Shown: piece by piece, positions 1 to 13,096 of the stretch | Position numbering within the stretch: position 1 is the stretch's first letter | How the letters are laid out: each line of letters opens with the position of its first letter | Assembly (NCBI RefSeq): GCF_018350175.1 | Contig: NC_058373.1 | Span: 108,626,001 to 108,690,000 of the forward strand | Reading direction: 5' to 3' | From: Felis catus | Taxonomy: Eukaryota | Length of the DNA stretch: 64,000 bases | Made by a program: the position numbers and the translations under genes | The notes under the pieces: model-generated | What the model was told of the DNA's origin: nothing | What the model saw: only the letters and a program-made list of their open reading frames with translations | Databases searched by the model: none

Positions 1-150
1 TGATGGCATATGTTGATTGTCTTTTTCCCATGTAAGTTGAGATTCTCCTGGTTCTTCATATACCAAGTAAATTTGGATTGTACCCAGGACATTTTGATAT
101 GTGTTGAGACTCTGCTTCTTATTTAAATCACATAAAAAAACATTTGTTTT

Positions 151-362
151 GGGGGCACCTGGGTGGCTCAGTCGGTTAAGTGTCTCACTTCAGCTCAGGG
201 TCATGATCTCACAGTTGGTGAGTTTGAGCCCCCAGCACCCCCAGTCAGGCTCTGTGCTGACAGCTCAGAGCATGGAGCCTCTTTTGGATTCTTTGTCTCC
301 CTCTCTCTCTGCTCCATCCGTGCTTGTGCTCTCTCAAAAATAAACAAACGTTAAAAAAAAAA
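151..362 (+). mobile_element. Can-SINE (felid SINEC_Fc-type)
   Basis: tRNA-derived head ggggcacctgggtggctcagtcggttaag, (CT)n tract, aataaa and A tail; imperfect TSD aaaaaaacatt(t)gtttt. Confidence 0.95.
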
Positions 363-556
363 CATTGTTTTTGTGTCAGCATGCAGTTGACCTAGTTGAT
401 TTCAGACAAATATTCTTTGTAGTTTTAATGGTAATTCTGTTTTTAAATCCTTTGCCATGCTAGTCTGATCTGTCCCATGTGGATACCACCTAGTAGCCAG
501 TATTGGAGCAATGTGGTGGGCTATCACTTAGGTCACTTCTTAAAGACTTGGAGTGT

Positions 557-784
557 TTTTTTGTTTTGTTGTTTTTTTTTTTAAGTATTTGTTTAGTTTT
601 GAGAGACAGAGACAGAGCATGAGTGGGGGAGGGGTAGAGTAAGAGAGGGAGACAGAATCCGAAGCAGGCTCCAGGCTCTGAGCTGTCAGCACAGAGCCCG
701 ACATGAGGCTTGGACTCACAAACTATAAGATCATGACCTGAGCTGAAGCTGGACACCCAACTGACTGAGCCACCCAGGTGCCCC
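557..784 (-). mobile_element. Can-SINE
   Basis: Reverse complement of head ends ...cacccaggtgcccc; TSD aagacttggagtgtttt / aaggcttggagtgcttt. Confidence 0.95.
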
Positions 785-1374
785 AAGGCTTGGAGTGCTT
801 TTAAGGATGGGATCCACACATCTACTGATCAAGATTGGGTCCATGAATCAACATGGTGATTTTATGCCATCATTAACCTGCTCTCTTCTGTTCCATGATC
901 TCTCTTGTACTTTCTAACCTGGCCTAGTCCTTTGCAATATCTAGACAGAAAGCTGGGGCTTTATGTGCCATAGTCGACCATATAGAAGGAGATTTACTCC
1001 ATCCCCTGGGGGGCCACAGCCCCTCTGATCAGATTGGAACATTCCCTTGCTTCAGAGTTTTAGGCACTGGTATGCCTCTGCTTCTGCCACTGTCAGTGCT
1101 GCTACTCTTATAGGATTGCCTAGGGACCAGAGGGTAGGAAGATTGGGGGGGGGGGAAGTTCCTCCATGCTCTCTTTCTCCTTCCTCTAGGCAGAGCTAGA
1201 GGGCTTCAGGAGCGGTTTCTTCTGTGCCCATGCTCACTTTTGGGGTTTGGGTGCTTTTAAATTCAGGCTGGGGGATCCTGGAGGGAAAATTGGTAAACTC
1301 AGTATCAGTTTATTCATACTTCAAATTTTGGTGTCCTGTTTCGATCTGCCTGCTATTATTTACTTTTATAAAAA

Positions 1375-1447
1375 GACTTTTTTAGAGCAGTTTTAGATTC
1401 ACTACAAAGTTGATAGAAGGGTACAGAGATTTCCCATATGCTTCTTG

Positions 1448-1499
<52 letters not shown>

Positions 1500-3090
1500 T
1501 CATGGCCTTCCCCATTATTAACATCACTCACTAGAATGGTACATTTATTAAAATTGATAAATACACATAGACACATCAAAATCTCCCAAAGTCCATAGTT
1601 TATCTTAGGGTTCACTCCTGGTGTTGTACATTATACACATTTGGACAGATTTATAGGACATGTATCCATCATTATGTTATCATACAGAGTATTTTCATTG
1701 TCTTAAAAATCCACTGTGCCTCATTTATTCATTCTCTACTCATCCCCTGACGACAACTGGTATTTTTTACTGTTTCCATAGTCTTGTATTTTTCAGAATG
1801 TCATGTAATTCTGGAGTCATACAGTGTGTAGCTTTTAAGACTGGTTTCTTTCACTTAGTAATTTGCATTCAGGATTCCTTTGTGTCTTTATATGGTTTGA
1901 TAGTTTATTTTCTTTTCAGTGCTAAATAATATTCCATTTACTGGATGTACCACAGGTTATTTACCCATTCACCTACTGAAGAATATTTTGGTTACTTTCA
2001 AGTATTCAGAATAAAGGTGCCATAACCATCCCTGTCTGCGTTTTTGTGTGGACACAAATTTTAACTTGTTTGGGTAAATGCCAAGGAGCACAATTGCTAG
2101 CTTATGTGGAAAGCATATGTTTAGTTTTGTAAGAAACCACCAAACTGTCCTCCAAAGTAGCCGCATCATTTTACATTCCTACCAACAGTGCTTGAGAGTT
2201 CTTGATGCTCCATATTCTCACCAGCATTTGGTGTTGTCAGTATGTGGATTTTTGCCATTCTAATACGTAAGTAGTGGTTTCTTGCTTTAATTTGCATTTC
2301 CCTAATCACATATTATGTGGAAAATCTTTTCATAGGCCTATTTGCCCTCTGAATATCTTCTTTGATAAGATATCTGTTAAGGTCTTTGACCCATTTTTAA
2401 ATTACGTTCCTTGTTTTCTTCGTTTTAAGTTTTTTGAATAGCAAACCTTTATCAGATTAGTGTTTTGTAAATATTTTTTCCCAATCTGTGGCTTGTCTTC
2501 TCATTATCTCTTCTCGCTGACTTTCATAGAATAACAGTTTTTAATTTTAATGAAATCTAGCTTGTCAGTGATGTCTTTTATGGATCATGGCTTTGGTGTA
2601 CCTAAAAGTTGTTGCTATACCCCCAGTCATGTAAGTTTTTCCCTGTTGTCTTCAAGGAATTTTATAGCTTTATGTCTTACATTGAAGTCCATAATCCATT
2701 TTCAGTTAATTTTTGTGAAGGGTGTAAAATCTGTGCCTAGACTAATTTTTTTGCATGTGGATGTCCAGTTGTTCCAGCACCATTTGTTGAAAAGACTATC
2801 TTAGAGCCACTGTATTGCCTTTGCTCCTTTGTCAAGTAGCTGTTGACTGTATTTATGGGGGCCTATTTCTGGGGTCTCTAGTCTGTTCCATCCATCCATT
2901 TGTTTATTCCTTTGCCAGTACCCCATTGTTTTGATTACTGTAGCTTTATTAAAACTTCTAAGACAGGTGGCATCGTCCTCCAATTTTGTTGTTCTTCAGT
3001 ATTGTGTTGGCTATCTGGGTCTTTCACCTCTCCATATAAACTTTATTATCAAATTGTAGATATCCACAAAATAACTGGATAGGATTTTGA
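1375..3090 (-). mobile_element. Ancient L1 (L1MC-like) 3' UTR plus ORF2 3' part
   Basis: Starts ttttagagcagttttagattcac (L1MC-type 3' end); minus ORF 2801-2983 reads KATVIKTMGYWQRNKQMDGWNRLETPE, homologous to L1 ORF2. Confidence 0.85.
1449..1498. repeat. (CA)n microsatellite
   Basis: About 25 perfect CA units, seen directly. Confidence 0.99.
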
Positions 3091-3290
3091 TTGTTTTATT
3101 CACCTTTTAGAGTTCTCAAAAGCTGCCTTATACATTTTGTAGTGGTTTAAAGCATGATTCAGTGGAAAAGACAAAGTAAACATACTCTATTATACCCAGA
3201 ATCATATATATTTCAGTCATACAAAAAAGGATGGGAAGAATAGAACAAAGGTGTGCTCACCTCCTATCTGAAAAAATAAAATATGAATAT

Positions 3291-3522
3291 ATTTTATTTA
3301 AAATTTTGTTAACATTTTATTTTAGTTTTTTGAGAGACTGAGAGAGCCAGCGTGTGAGCAGGGGAGGGGCAGAGAGAGAGAGAGGAAGACACAGAATCCA
3401 AAGCAGGCTCCAGGCTCTGAGCTGTCAGCACAGAGCCTGACACAGGGCTCAAACCTATGAACATGAGATCATGACTTGAGCTGAAGTTGGATGCTCAAGT
3501 GACTAAGCCACCCAGGCACTCC
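3291..3522 (-). mobile_element. Can-SINE
   Basis: SINE body in reverse; TSD taaaata(t/c)gaatat. Confidence 0.95.
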
Positions 3523-3629
3523 TAAAATACGAATATTGATACCCACCAAACTTAATTGTTACACTTAAACATTTGTAATTCAAGTCTCTACTTTCAAAAG
3601 TTAGCCACCAAAGTATTGCCCTATCCTTT

Positions 3630-5125
3630 TTTTCTTTTAAAAACACTTTTATTGAGATATACCACATACCCTAAAATTTACCTAATTAAAAAAATTTTTT
3701 TAACGTTTATTTTTGAGACAGCATGAATGGGGGAGGGGTCAGAGAGAGAGGGAGACACAGAATCTGAAACAGGCTCCAGGCTCTGAGCTGTCAGCACAGA
3801 GCCCGATGCAGGGCTTGAACTCACAGACTGCGAGATCATGACCTGAGCCGAAGTCAGATGCTTAACCGACTGAACCACCCAGGTGCCCCTAAAATTCACC
3901 TAATTAAAGTGTACAGTGGTTTTTAATATATTCACAGATGAAAGTAACCATCACCACAGTCAATTTGAGAACATTTTTATCATCCCAAAAGAAACCCTGC
4001 GCTTCAGCTATCACTCCCTATGTGCCATCTTCCTCACAGCCATAAAAAACCCACTAATATACTTTCTATCTCTATGAATTAGCCTAGTCTGGACTTTCAT
4101 GTGAACCAACTCATATAATCGATGGTGTTTTGTGACTGACTTCTTTCACTTAGCATAATGCTTTCATGGTACATCTGAATTGTAGTATGTGTCTTTTCTT
4201 TTTATGAATGAATAATGTTATATTGTATGAATATACCACATTTGGTTTATCCATTCTTCAAATGATGGACATTTGGTTTGTTTCCACCTTTTGGTTATTT
4301 TCAAGAATAATGTTGCTGTACACATTTGTGTACAATACACAAATTTGTGTTTTCGTGAAGACAGATATTTTCATGTCTCTTTGGTATATACCTAGAAGTG
4401 GAATTGCCAGATCATATGGTAACTTTGGGCGGAGCTGGCACTTGTTTCCTAAAGCAGCTGGACCATTTTACGTGGCCACAAGCTGTGTATGAAGGTTCCA
4501 GTTTCTCAACTTCCTCATTGATATTTGTTATCTGAAACTTTTTATGCTAGCCATTTTCGTGGGTGTGAAGTGGTATCTCATTGTAGTTTTTATTTGCATT
4601 TTCTGATGACTAAATGATACCAAAAACCTTTTCTGTGCTTACGGGCCATTTGTATATATTCCTTGTAGAAATGTCTATTCATATTTTTTTATTTTTATTT
4701 TTTATTTAGTTGTGGGATTTCTTTATATATTCTAGATATAAGTCCCTTGTCACATACGTGATTTACAAATATTTTCTCCCATTCTGTGGGTTGTCTTTTC
4801 ACTCTTTTTGATGCTGTTCTTTGTAGTATGAACATTTTAATTTTGATCAAGTCAAAGTTAAATCCAAGATTTACTTTCTTGTTTTCTTCTAAGAATTTTA
4901 TAATTTTAGTTTTAAAAATTAGGTTCTTGATTCATTTGGAGTTAGCTTTCATATATTGAGATAAAATCTAATTTCATCCTTTGGCGTGTGAACATTTAGA
5001 TATGCTAGCACCATTTGCTGAAGACACTGTTCTCTATGGAGTGGCATTGTCAGCCCTGTCAAAAATTAGTTGATCATAAACGTATGACTTTATTTTTGAA
5101 GTCTCATTTCTATTCCACTGATCTT
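3630..5125 (-). mobile_element. Ancient L1 (L1MB-like) 3' end
   Basis: ctttattgagatat...aaagtgtacagtggtttttaatatattcacag 3' end; gtgtgaagtggtatctcattgtagttttt ORF2 C-terminal signature. Confidence 0.85.
3691..3889 (-). mobile_element. Can-SINE inserted in L1
   Basis: TSD taaaatt(t/c)acctaattaaa. Confidence 0.95.
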
Positions 5126-5669
5126 ATTTCTGAGAGTTTACTTAGGTATAGCTTCACATATACTTGCAAAAAAAAAAAAAGTTCCTTTAGCTAATCTGCT
5201 CTGGTCTTTGTTTTGCTGCCCGACTACATCCTTGACTGTAGTATGTCCTACTGAGATGGCAGCTCCTTTGGCCATAGCTGTTATTCAGTGACTGACTGCC
5301 CATCCTAACCTATCACTCTAGCTTACACCTTAAAATTACTACCCTCTTCAAACCCAATCCCAGTTTCTTACTGGGATGATCTCCTTTCTTCCTTCAAGAT
5401 AATTTCCAGAGTGGATATCCATTTCCACTTCATGGAAAACATCCCATCTCCCCTCCTGATCCTGTAGTCCTGTTAAATCAGTCACTAAACAGTCTGATAT
5501 TGTTTCTTCCTGTGGTACATAATTCCTCAGAAGCACCTTTCTGGTCTTTGGTAAAAATCATCCTTTCATAAAAGGCATCCTGGAAAAGGAACTCAAAGGG
5601 ATTTGGAGTAGTTATTTTCAAATCCAAGTTAACACCTGTCAAGTGGGCTGAGATAGAGAGCAAGCTTAC

Positions 5670-6700
5670 CCTACAAGTTCTGTTATTGATATAGTATTTA
5701 GATGGGCTGTCTTAACTTTGTCCTGTACCATGTTGCTCTGTACTTTATACATGGGCATTATTGTTACTTGTTCCACCATTAGGGGACAGCTTTCCAGCAC
5801 CGGGTGCTTAGCTTCAGAACCATGATATGCAATAGTGGTTAGTTACATATTTCAACTCCTAGCATTGCATTCAGGCATTATATTGGGACTTGGACATTTT
5901 GTTATTACCATGATCTGGGCAGTGACTGTTAGGCTTCCTCTCTTGAGTCTCTTAGTTTGGCTGCACACTGAACAAATCATCACTCCCTTCAGTTTTTTGG
6001 TTTGGAATTAATGGTTAGTACTCATAGCTACATGCTTTAAAAAAATGTGGAGGGGCGCCTGGGTGGCTCAGTCGGTTAAGCGGCCGACTTCAGCTCAGGT
6101 CATGATCTCGCGGTCCGTGAGGGCTGTGAGTTCGAGCCCCGCGTCGGGCTCTGTGCTGACAGCTCAGAGCCTGGAGCCTGTTTCGCATTCTGTGTCTCCC
6201 TCTCTCTGACCCTCCCCTGTTCATGCTCTGTCTCTCTCTGTCTCAAAAATAAATAAATGTTAAAAAAAAATAAAAAAAAATGTGGAGTAGTGTGTTGTAT
6301 AGCTAATGGGTTAATTCCCAGTTGCATTTTAGGAGTGTGGCAAAAATGTAACATGCTGTTGATTAACTCTTGTTCACAATACCCTCTATATCACATTTAG
6401 TAATAATTGGTTGATTCAGGATTGGGCCTCTCTGGAAGTAAGCCTAGACTTTGGGTCCCAACTAATTGAACATCACAAGCAATTCTTCCTTTCTCTGAGA
6501 ATATGTTACTGGGAAATCTGTATACTGAGCAGCATTTCTCCCATAACAGCTGCGTGATTTTAAATGACTGATCCTTGGTCGGGTGAGTTTGTGTACCGAG
6601 GATAAAGAGATCTGTTACTATCAACATTTTTCCAGTTTTTGTTACCTAGTCCAGGGATCAGAGTTTTATAAACACTAATTTTGAAGGCTTCCCAGTTTAG
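5670..6700 (-). mobile_element. Decayed Ty3/Gypsy LTR-retrotransposon integrase fragment (MamGypsy-like internal sequence)
   Basis: Minus translation KPSKLVFIKL*SLD*VTKTGKMLIVTDLFILGTQTHPTKDQSFKITQLLWEKCCSVYRFPSNIFSEKGR resembles the Gypsy integrase core (PLELVCIDFLSLE...LVVTDHF...AYPTKDQ...LWEKFF.VYGFP..IHSDQGR). Downstream ESCPLMVEQVTIMPMYKVQSNMVQDKVKTAHLN resembles the Gypsy integrase C-terminus (PY.VVEQ...PVYKV...VKTLHRN). Confidence 0.75.
6053..6273 (+). mobile_element. Can-SINE inserted in the Gypsy fossil
   Basis: TSD aaaaaaatgtggag at 6039-6052 and 6274-6287; small internal gtgag duplication. Confidence 0.96.
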
Positions 6701-8024
6701 TTTCCACATCAGTTGCCAGATTGACACATGCTTTTGTGGAAAAATATGCTCTTGTTCATGTTAGTATCTCTCTCCCAGAAAAAAAAAACACACACAAGAA
6801 GTTAGGCTGTCAGGAACAAACACGGGGTTTACACTGGGCTTTGAAGCCCCCGAAATGAGGTGATGGTTATAGTTCTCATTCATGTCGGTCTCCATTCTCG
6901 GAGACCTCACAGCCTCTCGAAGCTCAGAGTCTTGCCAATGCCCTCCTTTCCATACTCAACTCCCAAGTTCAGTGTCCTGACATTGACAGACCACTTTCTG
7001 TTTCTTCCTCCATCTTTAAATCTCTAAATCCTGGATTTCCTCCAAATCTCAGTTCAGATCTCTAAAGCTCAGTTTTTCCATCAAAAATCCCCTGATCTGT
7101 CCTAGGGCACTGTGTGAATCTAAGCAAAGGAGAATGCCCACTATCAGAACTGTTCTTAACCCTCTGCTTTGTTTGATCTGTACCTCAAATCCAGTTAGCA
7201 TTATTTCCCTTAAACCCAAGGAGAGAGTGGAAGTAGTCTGAACTATAATGCCTCATCTGCATTTCTATTATAATTATTTCTTCTCCAGAAGACATAAATT
7301 CTTCAAAGGTGTTATTCAATTCCTTGAAACAACTTGTTCAAGCAGCTCCAGTGTCCAAATACTTAATGTTCATTTTCTTACGTGAATATCAGAAATAAAG
7401 ATGGAGTTTTGGCAAAATATTCCAAATGGACTCAGAAGTCATTATTCTGGGTATTTTGTGAAGAATGAGACATACTTAGTAAAGTAAGTTTAAACTCAGC
7501 ATTTGTTGAATGAATGAAAACAATAAACAAATTATTATAGTTAACATGGATGAATACAGAACCAGTCACATTTTCACTCTTAGGTCTGATGGTGATGTTT
7601 TGTGGTCTTTCATCTTGAGATGACTCCTCATATTAGCTTTTGGAGTCATCTACAGTTAGATGAACCAGGAAGTGTTATACTGCCATTTTTTTTATTGTAT
7701 TAGAAGACTTTCCTTTTGTTAATAATTAAGAACTTTCTTGAGATGAGTCGGTTTCTTGATAAAATATTTTGTAGTTCTCTTTGGGGAATTTTCTGTATAG
7801 TGCATTTTCAATGAACAATTTGTATTAGTATTAGGTGAGTAAAAATATTAATCTTTGCAGTGTGTTGACATAAGTGAACTGTGGTAAAATTTACAGGGAT
7901 GAATGGAATAATTTATTCCTATATAATTAGTTTATTAAGAGGTTGCCATAGTGACTTCAAAGAGTTCTTTAAGAGAATAGTAAAATTTTGAAGTTTTGTA
8001 CAACTAACTCTTTTCGACATCCTC

Positions 8025-8241
8025 TTTTTTTTTTTTAATTTTTTTGATGTTTACTTGTTTTTGAGAGAGACAGAGTGTGAACAGGGGGTGGGCAGAGAGA
8101 GAGGGAGACACAGAATCCAAAGCAAGCTCCAGGCTCAGAGCTGTCAGTACAGAGCCCAATGCAGGGCTTGAACTCATGAATCATGAGATCATGACCTGAG
8201 CTGAAGTTGGACGTTCAACTGACTGAGCCACCCAGGCTCCC
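8025..8241 (-). mobile_element. Can-SINE
   Basis: SINE body in reverse; TSD gacat(c/t)ctct. Confidence 0.95.
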
Positions 8242-9039
8242 TGAGACATTCTCTAAATCAACAAAGGAGTTCAATATATATAATTTACACAAATAGATAT
8301 TAGGTGAAGAAGGGAGATTTTATAATTCTGAGCAATTTTACCCTTTAGTGTCATATTTAAATTTGAAATTCAATACAGAAATTGTAGCATGGTTCAAAAT
8401 TTGTGCATTACCATCTTCCAGCTAAGTACAAAGGGTTATAACAATTTTTTTTAAATGGGTGAAAAAAGGGATACCTCTTTTTTCATGCAGTCAACAATTC
8501 CAGCCTTCTGGAAAAGTCAATTGATTTAAAATCTAAATTTAGTTATCCATTCAGTATGTAAAATTCATAAGTAAGTTCTGTCAGCAAATGTGTGCTGTCT
8601 TTGGTGCTGAGTTTACAACCTGCATCTGCCTCTGGGTGCCATGAAAGGAACAGCACAAACCCCCAACTTTATCAAGCCTTTAAAATTGGGCAGTATACAC
8701 AAGTGTATAAATGTAGTTTGCAGATAATGGTGATCATCCTGAGCTCTGTGAAAGCCTTCTAATGCCTTCCCTTCTCAGGGCTCTGTGTTCTGTAGGGAAT
8801 CTAATAGAAAAAGCAGCACAAAAGGGGTGAAGAAGTGGTGGGAGAGGAAAAATAGTTACAGGCTTGGTACCTTTTCTGGCGAGCACAGGGACAGAAAGGA
8901 AACTAAGTTTGCTTTTCATAAATATCCCTACTGTCTCTCCAACAAAATTAAACTGCTACCCATCGAGTTTTCCTACAAAAGAAGTAACAAAGCAGGTAGG
9001 TCAATGAAAAGAGCATAAATTTGTCAGCAGCCAAAATAT

Positions 9040-9140
9040 ACTTGAACTCTGGCTTAGCCATTAACCACTAGTGTGATCTTTAATTCCATCTTTAGCCATT
9101 TGAGACTCAGTTTCCTTATATGTAAGATGAGGATGGACTC
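9040..9140 (+). mobile_element. MIR fragment
   Basis: Core-like ctcagtttccttatatgtaagatgaggat. Confidence 0.6.
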
Positions 9141-11042
9141 ATTTCTTCTACCCCCGAATTTGTTCAAATAGGCCCTATCTGGGACACTGGCATTGGGACA
9201 TCCTCTTGGTAGGCCAAGAGTTTTCTACCCTTCTTCTTTACATCCAGTTGGCCACCATGAACTCTTGGTTCACACTGCTGATGGGACACCAAGCTTCATT
9301 CTGCTTCCAGTCACTCAGTGCTTGGACTTCTGCAGTAGTTTCCTCATCCTCATGCTGCCTCCTCAAGAAGCTCTCCATCTCCCCTGAAAGTTTTTCACTT
9401 TCTTCTGCAACTCACATGAACATCTTTTATGGTACAGTCTGTTCTCCTCATCAAGGTCTGTGTCACCTTTGCAACCTGGGTCTTAGCTGAGTGATTGGAA
9501 CATAGTAGGAGTCCAGTAAATATTTGTTAAATGAGTAAGTGACTCATTTTGCATGGTTTTTGTGAAAGTGATCTATGGGAAAAGAAATTAAGTGGTATTT
9601 ATTAATGATTACTATTTTATTCTCTGAAAAGATTTCTAAGTCTTCAGCACATTTGGATGTTGGCTTCATGATAATTATTAAAGGTGATCTACTAATCCAG
9701 ATATCAATACCACTGATTAGTAAATCAACCTTCTAAGCTGGGTTCCTCAAATTTGTTCATTGTTTTCTGCATCATATCAGAGACCAAATAATTTGCAAGC
9801 AGTCATCCATCCTTTGTGAGTAAACACAGGGTAAATTCTGTGCCAGATGTGTTCTAACTTTGGTTGGAGTTTTCCAGCTTTTCTATTTTTTCTTTATGCT
9901 TCCCATGACAGAGAAAATTCTTACTAGACACACTGTACATATGGGGCTGCTTTAGAAGTGGTCTTAGTTATGTTTTACATGGAGAATAAGGCTGATGAAA
10001 TTTTATTCAGGAAACCCAACACGTCACTGAAACTAAGGACAATTCTAAGTCAAGGAAGAATGGGTTTGAAGTAGTTACATGGTAAACTCCTGACATCATG
10101 GTATAGTGGTGGTGATGAGAATAATCTTAGATAACAGGTGGCAACAGGCCATTTATGGAACATACACTGGGATAGAAGGAACCTTGAATTAGCAGTGACT
10201 AGAATAGCAGATGTGTGTCAGTGGAAGCTCTGAAATTACGTTAAATCCTTTGAGTAACTGTAGACGTGGGGAAAGGGAGTTGATTTAAATTTATGTAAAA
10301 ATCTTCATGGAAGGAATAAGCCTTTCCAGTTCTGATCAGAATTGGGAGGCAGAAGTGAGAGGGAAGCAGAGAAGTAAAACTAAGATGAGAGGGGAAGAAA
10401 AGATTTGGATGGGGTCTGGGTGGAGACAATTTTGATTCATGGCTGATGAGGGGTTTTACCAGTTACTTGGTGAGAAGGACTCCAATTAAATTTCACAATG
10501 ACCCACATAGTGTGTGTGTGTGTCCGAATAAACAAATTCATTGCTTAGAAAAGTGCATGTGATACATTTTACAAGGTAGAATCCATAATTGGCAGGAATT
10601 TTTTTTCTGTTACTAAGCTTAGAATATGAGTACTCATTCCAGGATCATTAACTTAAGTTTAGTGGATCAAGTGATATGTGCAGCCAGTATTCAGATGCTC
10701 AGGGAAGGACTGAGAGAGCATAATCCCTTACAGTGTTCTTCTGCCTGCATAAGATCTAACCCTTTTTTGAAGGGCTAATCATATGATCATATGTCAGGTG
10801 ATTGGGATGTACATCTGTCAGGTGTAGGATGTTGGATACATCCTACCCCTTTGTTATGTGCTTTGTACATGTAAACTGACAAGGGTATGATGCAGATGTG
10901 AATTTATAGATTTAAATCTAAAGTGTGGAATTCTAATTACAGCTGTTTCTCTTCTCTGAATATTACTAAGCATTTAGAAGAAATCTGAACAGTTCAGAAA
11001 GAGTGTCTCAGTACTCTGAACAGAAACACCTTTTAAAAAGAT

Positions 11043-11268
11043 GGGGCGCCTGGGTGGCGCAGTCGGTTAAGCGTCCGACTTCAGCCAGGTCATGATCTCG
11101 CGGTCTGTGAGTTCGAGCCCTGCGTCAGGCTCTGGGCTGATGGCTCAGAGCCTGGAGCCTGTTTCCGATTCTGTGTCTCCCTCTCTCTCTGCCCCTCCCC
11201 CGTTCATGCTCTGTCTCTCTCTGTCCCAAAAATAAATAAATGTTGGAAAAAAAATTTTTTTTTTAAAA
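11043..11268 (+). mobile_element. Young felid Can-SINE
   Basis: CpG-rich head gggtggcgcagtcggttaagcgtccgacttcagccaggtca; CT tract; tail. Confidence 0.96.
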
Positions 11269-12269
11269 TAAAAAGTTGTTAGTGGATATTGGAAATGTTT
11301 GTAACACTGACTTGGTTTGCTACCTGGATGTAGAATGCCATGTTCCTTTGATGAGGGTGGATCTTGCAGACTTGCTGTCTGTTATCACTCTGACCCTAAA
11401 GGCTCTTGGATACCAAGACAAAGATGAAGGCAGAGTAGGAGATTGGGATGAAATAAGTGACTCCAGGATGCTCTCTGCAAGAGATTCCTTTGAAAACAGA
11501 TTTCCTTGCTTGATCTTGTTTTCCTGTAATTTGTCTTTCTCATGAAAGAAGAGAACAACAAAGTAATTTCTTCAACCTGAAGTCCTGGTTGCCAGTTCAT
11601 CACTACCTTCCTGGGATGATCTCTGGCCTTCAGTGATATTGAGAATGACAAGGAATGATGTTAAGCAAAAGATCAGTTTTTAAAGTATTATTAGAACCCA
11701 TAATTTTTAAATATACAGTATTATAATTATATACATAGTTTGATTGTATATACAATGCACATAATAATGCTTTGATCAACATCTTTATCTATAAAGCTTA
11801 TCCTTAAGATAGTTTTTTAGGACAGTCTGAGAATTAGAATTATTGGATCAAAGGGTATGAAAATGTTTTTGAATCATTCTGACCAAGTGCTTTGCAAAAA
11901 CAGAATCCATTTTGCCAGCATTTGGATCAGCAGTGGATAACGTTGCCTAGTTAGCCATACTTTTTAAAATATTAGACATTATTAATTTTGAAGAAATTAT
12001 TTGTATATTCATTGAAGAGACAGAATGTATTAATTGTGATTATGGATGCTTCATTCCTTTTTTGACTTTGGTCTTTATTTTTAAAAGTGTTTACAATGAT
12101 GAACTGAGGAATTTTTCCATGGTATTAAGTCAGTGAGAGTGCTTGAACTGAGGTCCTCCCATATAAATTAGAGTTCTATTTACCTATGCTGGATGAGTCT
12201 TGTCATTAGTGTTTGGTTATAGGTGTGCCTGGTATGTTAGGAATTCATTTGAAATAGTGGAAGAGGCAG

Positions 12270-12490
12270 GGTGCAGAGAGGTGGGGAGGAGCTTAGATTC
12301 TGCATCCAGATTGCCATTTATAACTGTGACTGTGGGCATGTTACTTAATCTCTGTGCCTCAGTAGTCTCATTAATAAGCTAAGGATGATACTAGTATTTT
12401 CCTTACTGGGTTCTGTTGAGATTTAATATATGTAAAGTGCTAAGAAGTCCTCTTGACACACAAAAAAACTAAAGAAGTGATGTTATTGTT
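12270..12490 (+). mobile_element. MIR
   Basis: ctgtgactgtgggcatgttacttaatctctgtgcctcagt core; atatgtaaagtgct 3' part. Confidence 0.75.
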
Positions 12491-13052
12491 AAGAAAGATC
12501 TTCTCTGGAAAGCTGCATTCAGGAGAAATCAGAGGAAGCAACCATATTTTCCCATTCCAACTCATGTTCAATTTCTACCTTGAAGACCACTTGAGCAAAG
12601 GTGGTTCCTACCTGCAGTAGCTATAAAGTTGCCCAAAGCTAAGTGATCTTCCTTCTGACTTCTTTTCCAGTAGTGGGGAAATTTCAATATTACTGATTGA
12701 AAGATTCTCCTGCTTAAAGTGGGGGGTTGGAAGGGCAGTGAAGCAAACAAGTACAGGAGATACCATTGATATACTTTAAATTCCCTTTGCTTTGGAAGAG
12801 TCACCTATAAATTGGGTGACGTGTGTGTGTAGTGTGTATGTGTATATATATGTATATATATGGTGTGTGTGATAACCTGACCCATACTTACGTTCCTGAT
12901 AGCAAATTAATTGAGAATAAGTTCTCTGTGGTCTATATATTTGGAGCACAAAGAGTGTTGGCTTCCCACTGAGGAAGAAGTTACTGTTAATAAGTGACCA
13001 AAATCATCATGGTGCTGCCATGCACCTAGATGTACTCCAGCTTGCATACATG

Positions 13053-13053
<1 letters not shown>

Positions 13054-13095
<42 letters not shown>
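13054..13095. repeat. (TG)n microsatellite
   Basis: About 21 TG units. Confidence 0.99.

Positions 13096-13096
<1 letters not shown>

Larger units (their letters stand above)
1..1370 (-). mobile_element. Ancient L1M 5'-region remnant, interrupted by two SINEs (boundaries approximate)
   Basis: Resembles the reverse complement of old L1M 5' regions from recall (e.g. ttctcctggttcttcatataccaagtaaatttggattg); no ORF. Confidence 0.4.

Noticed and set aside
101..819. Recurring ORFs such as VAQSVKRPTSAQVMIS...SLEPASDSVSPSLS here and across the window
   Set aside because: Chance translations of Can-SINE bodies.
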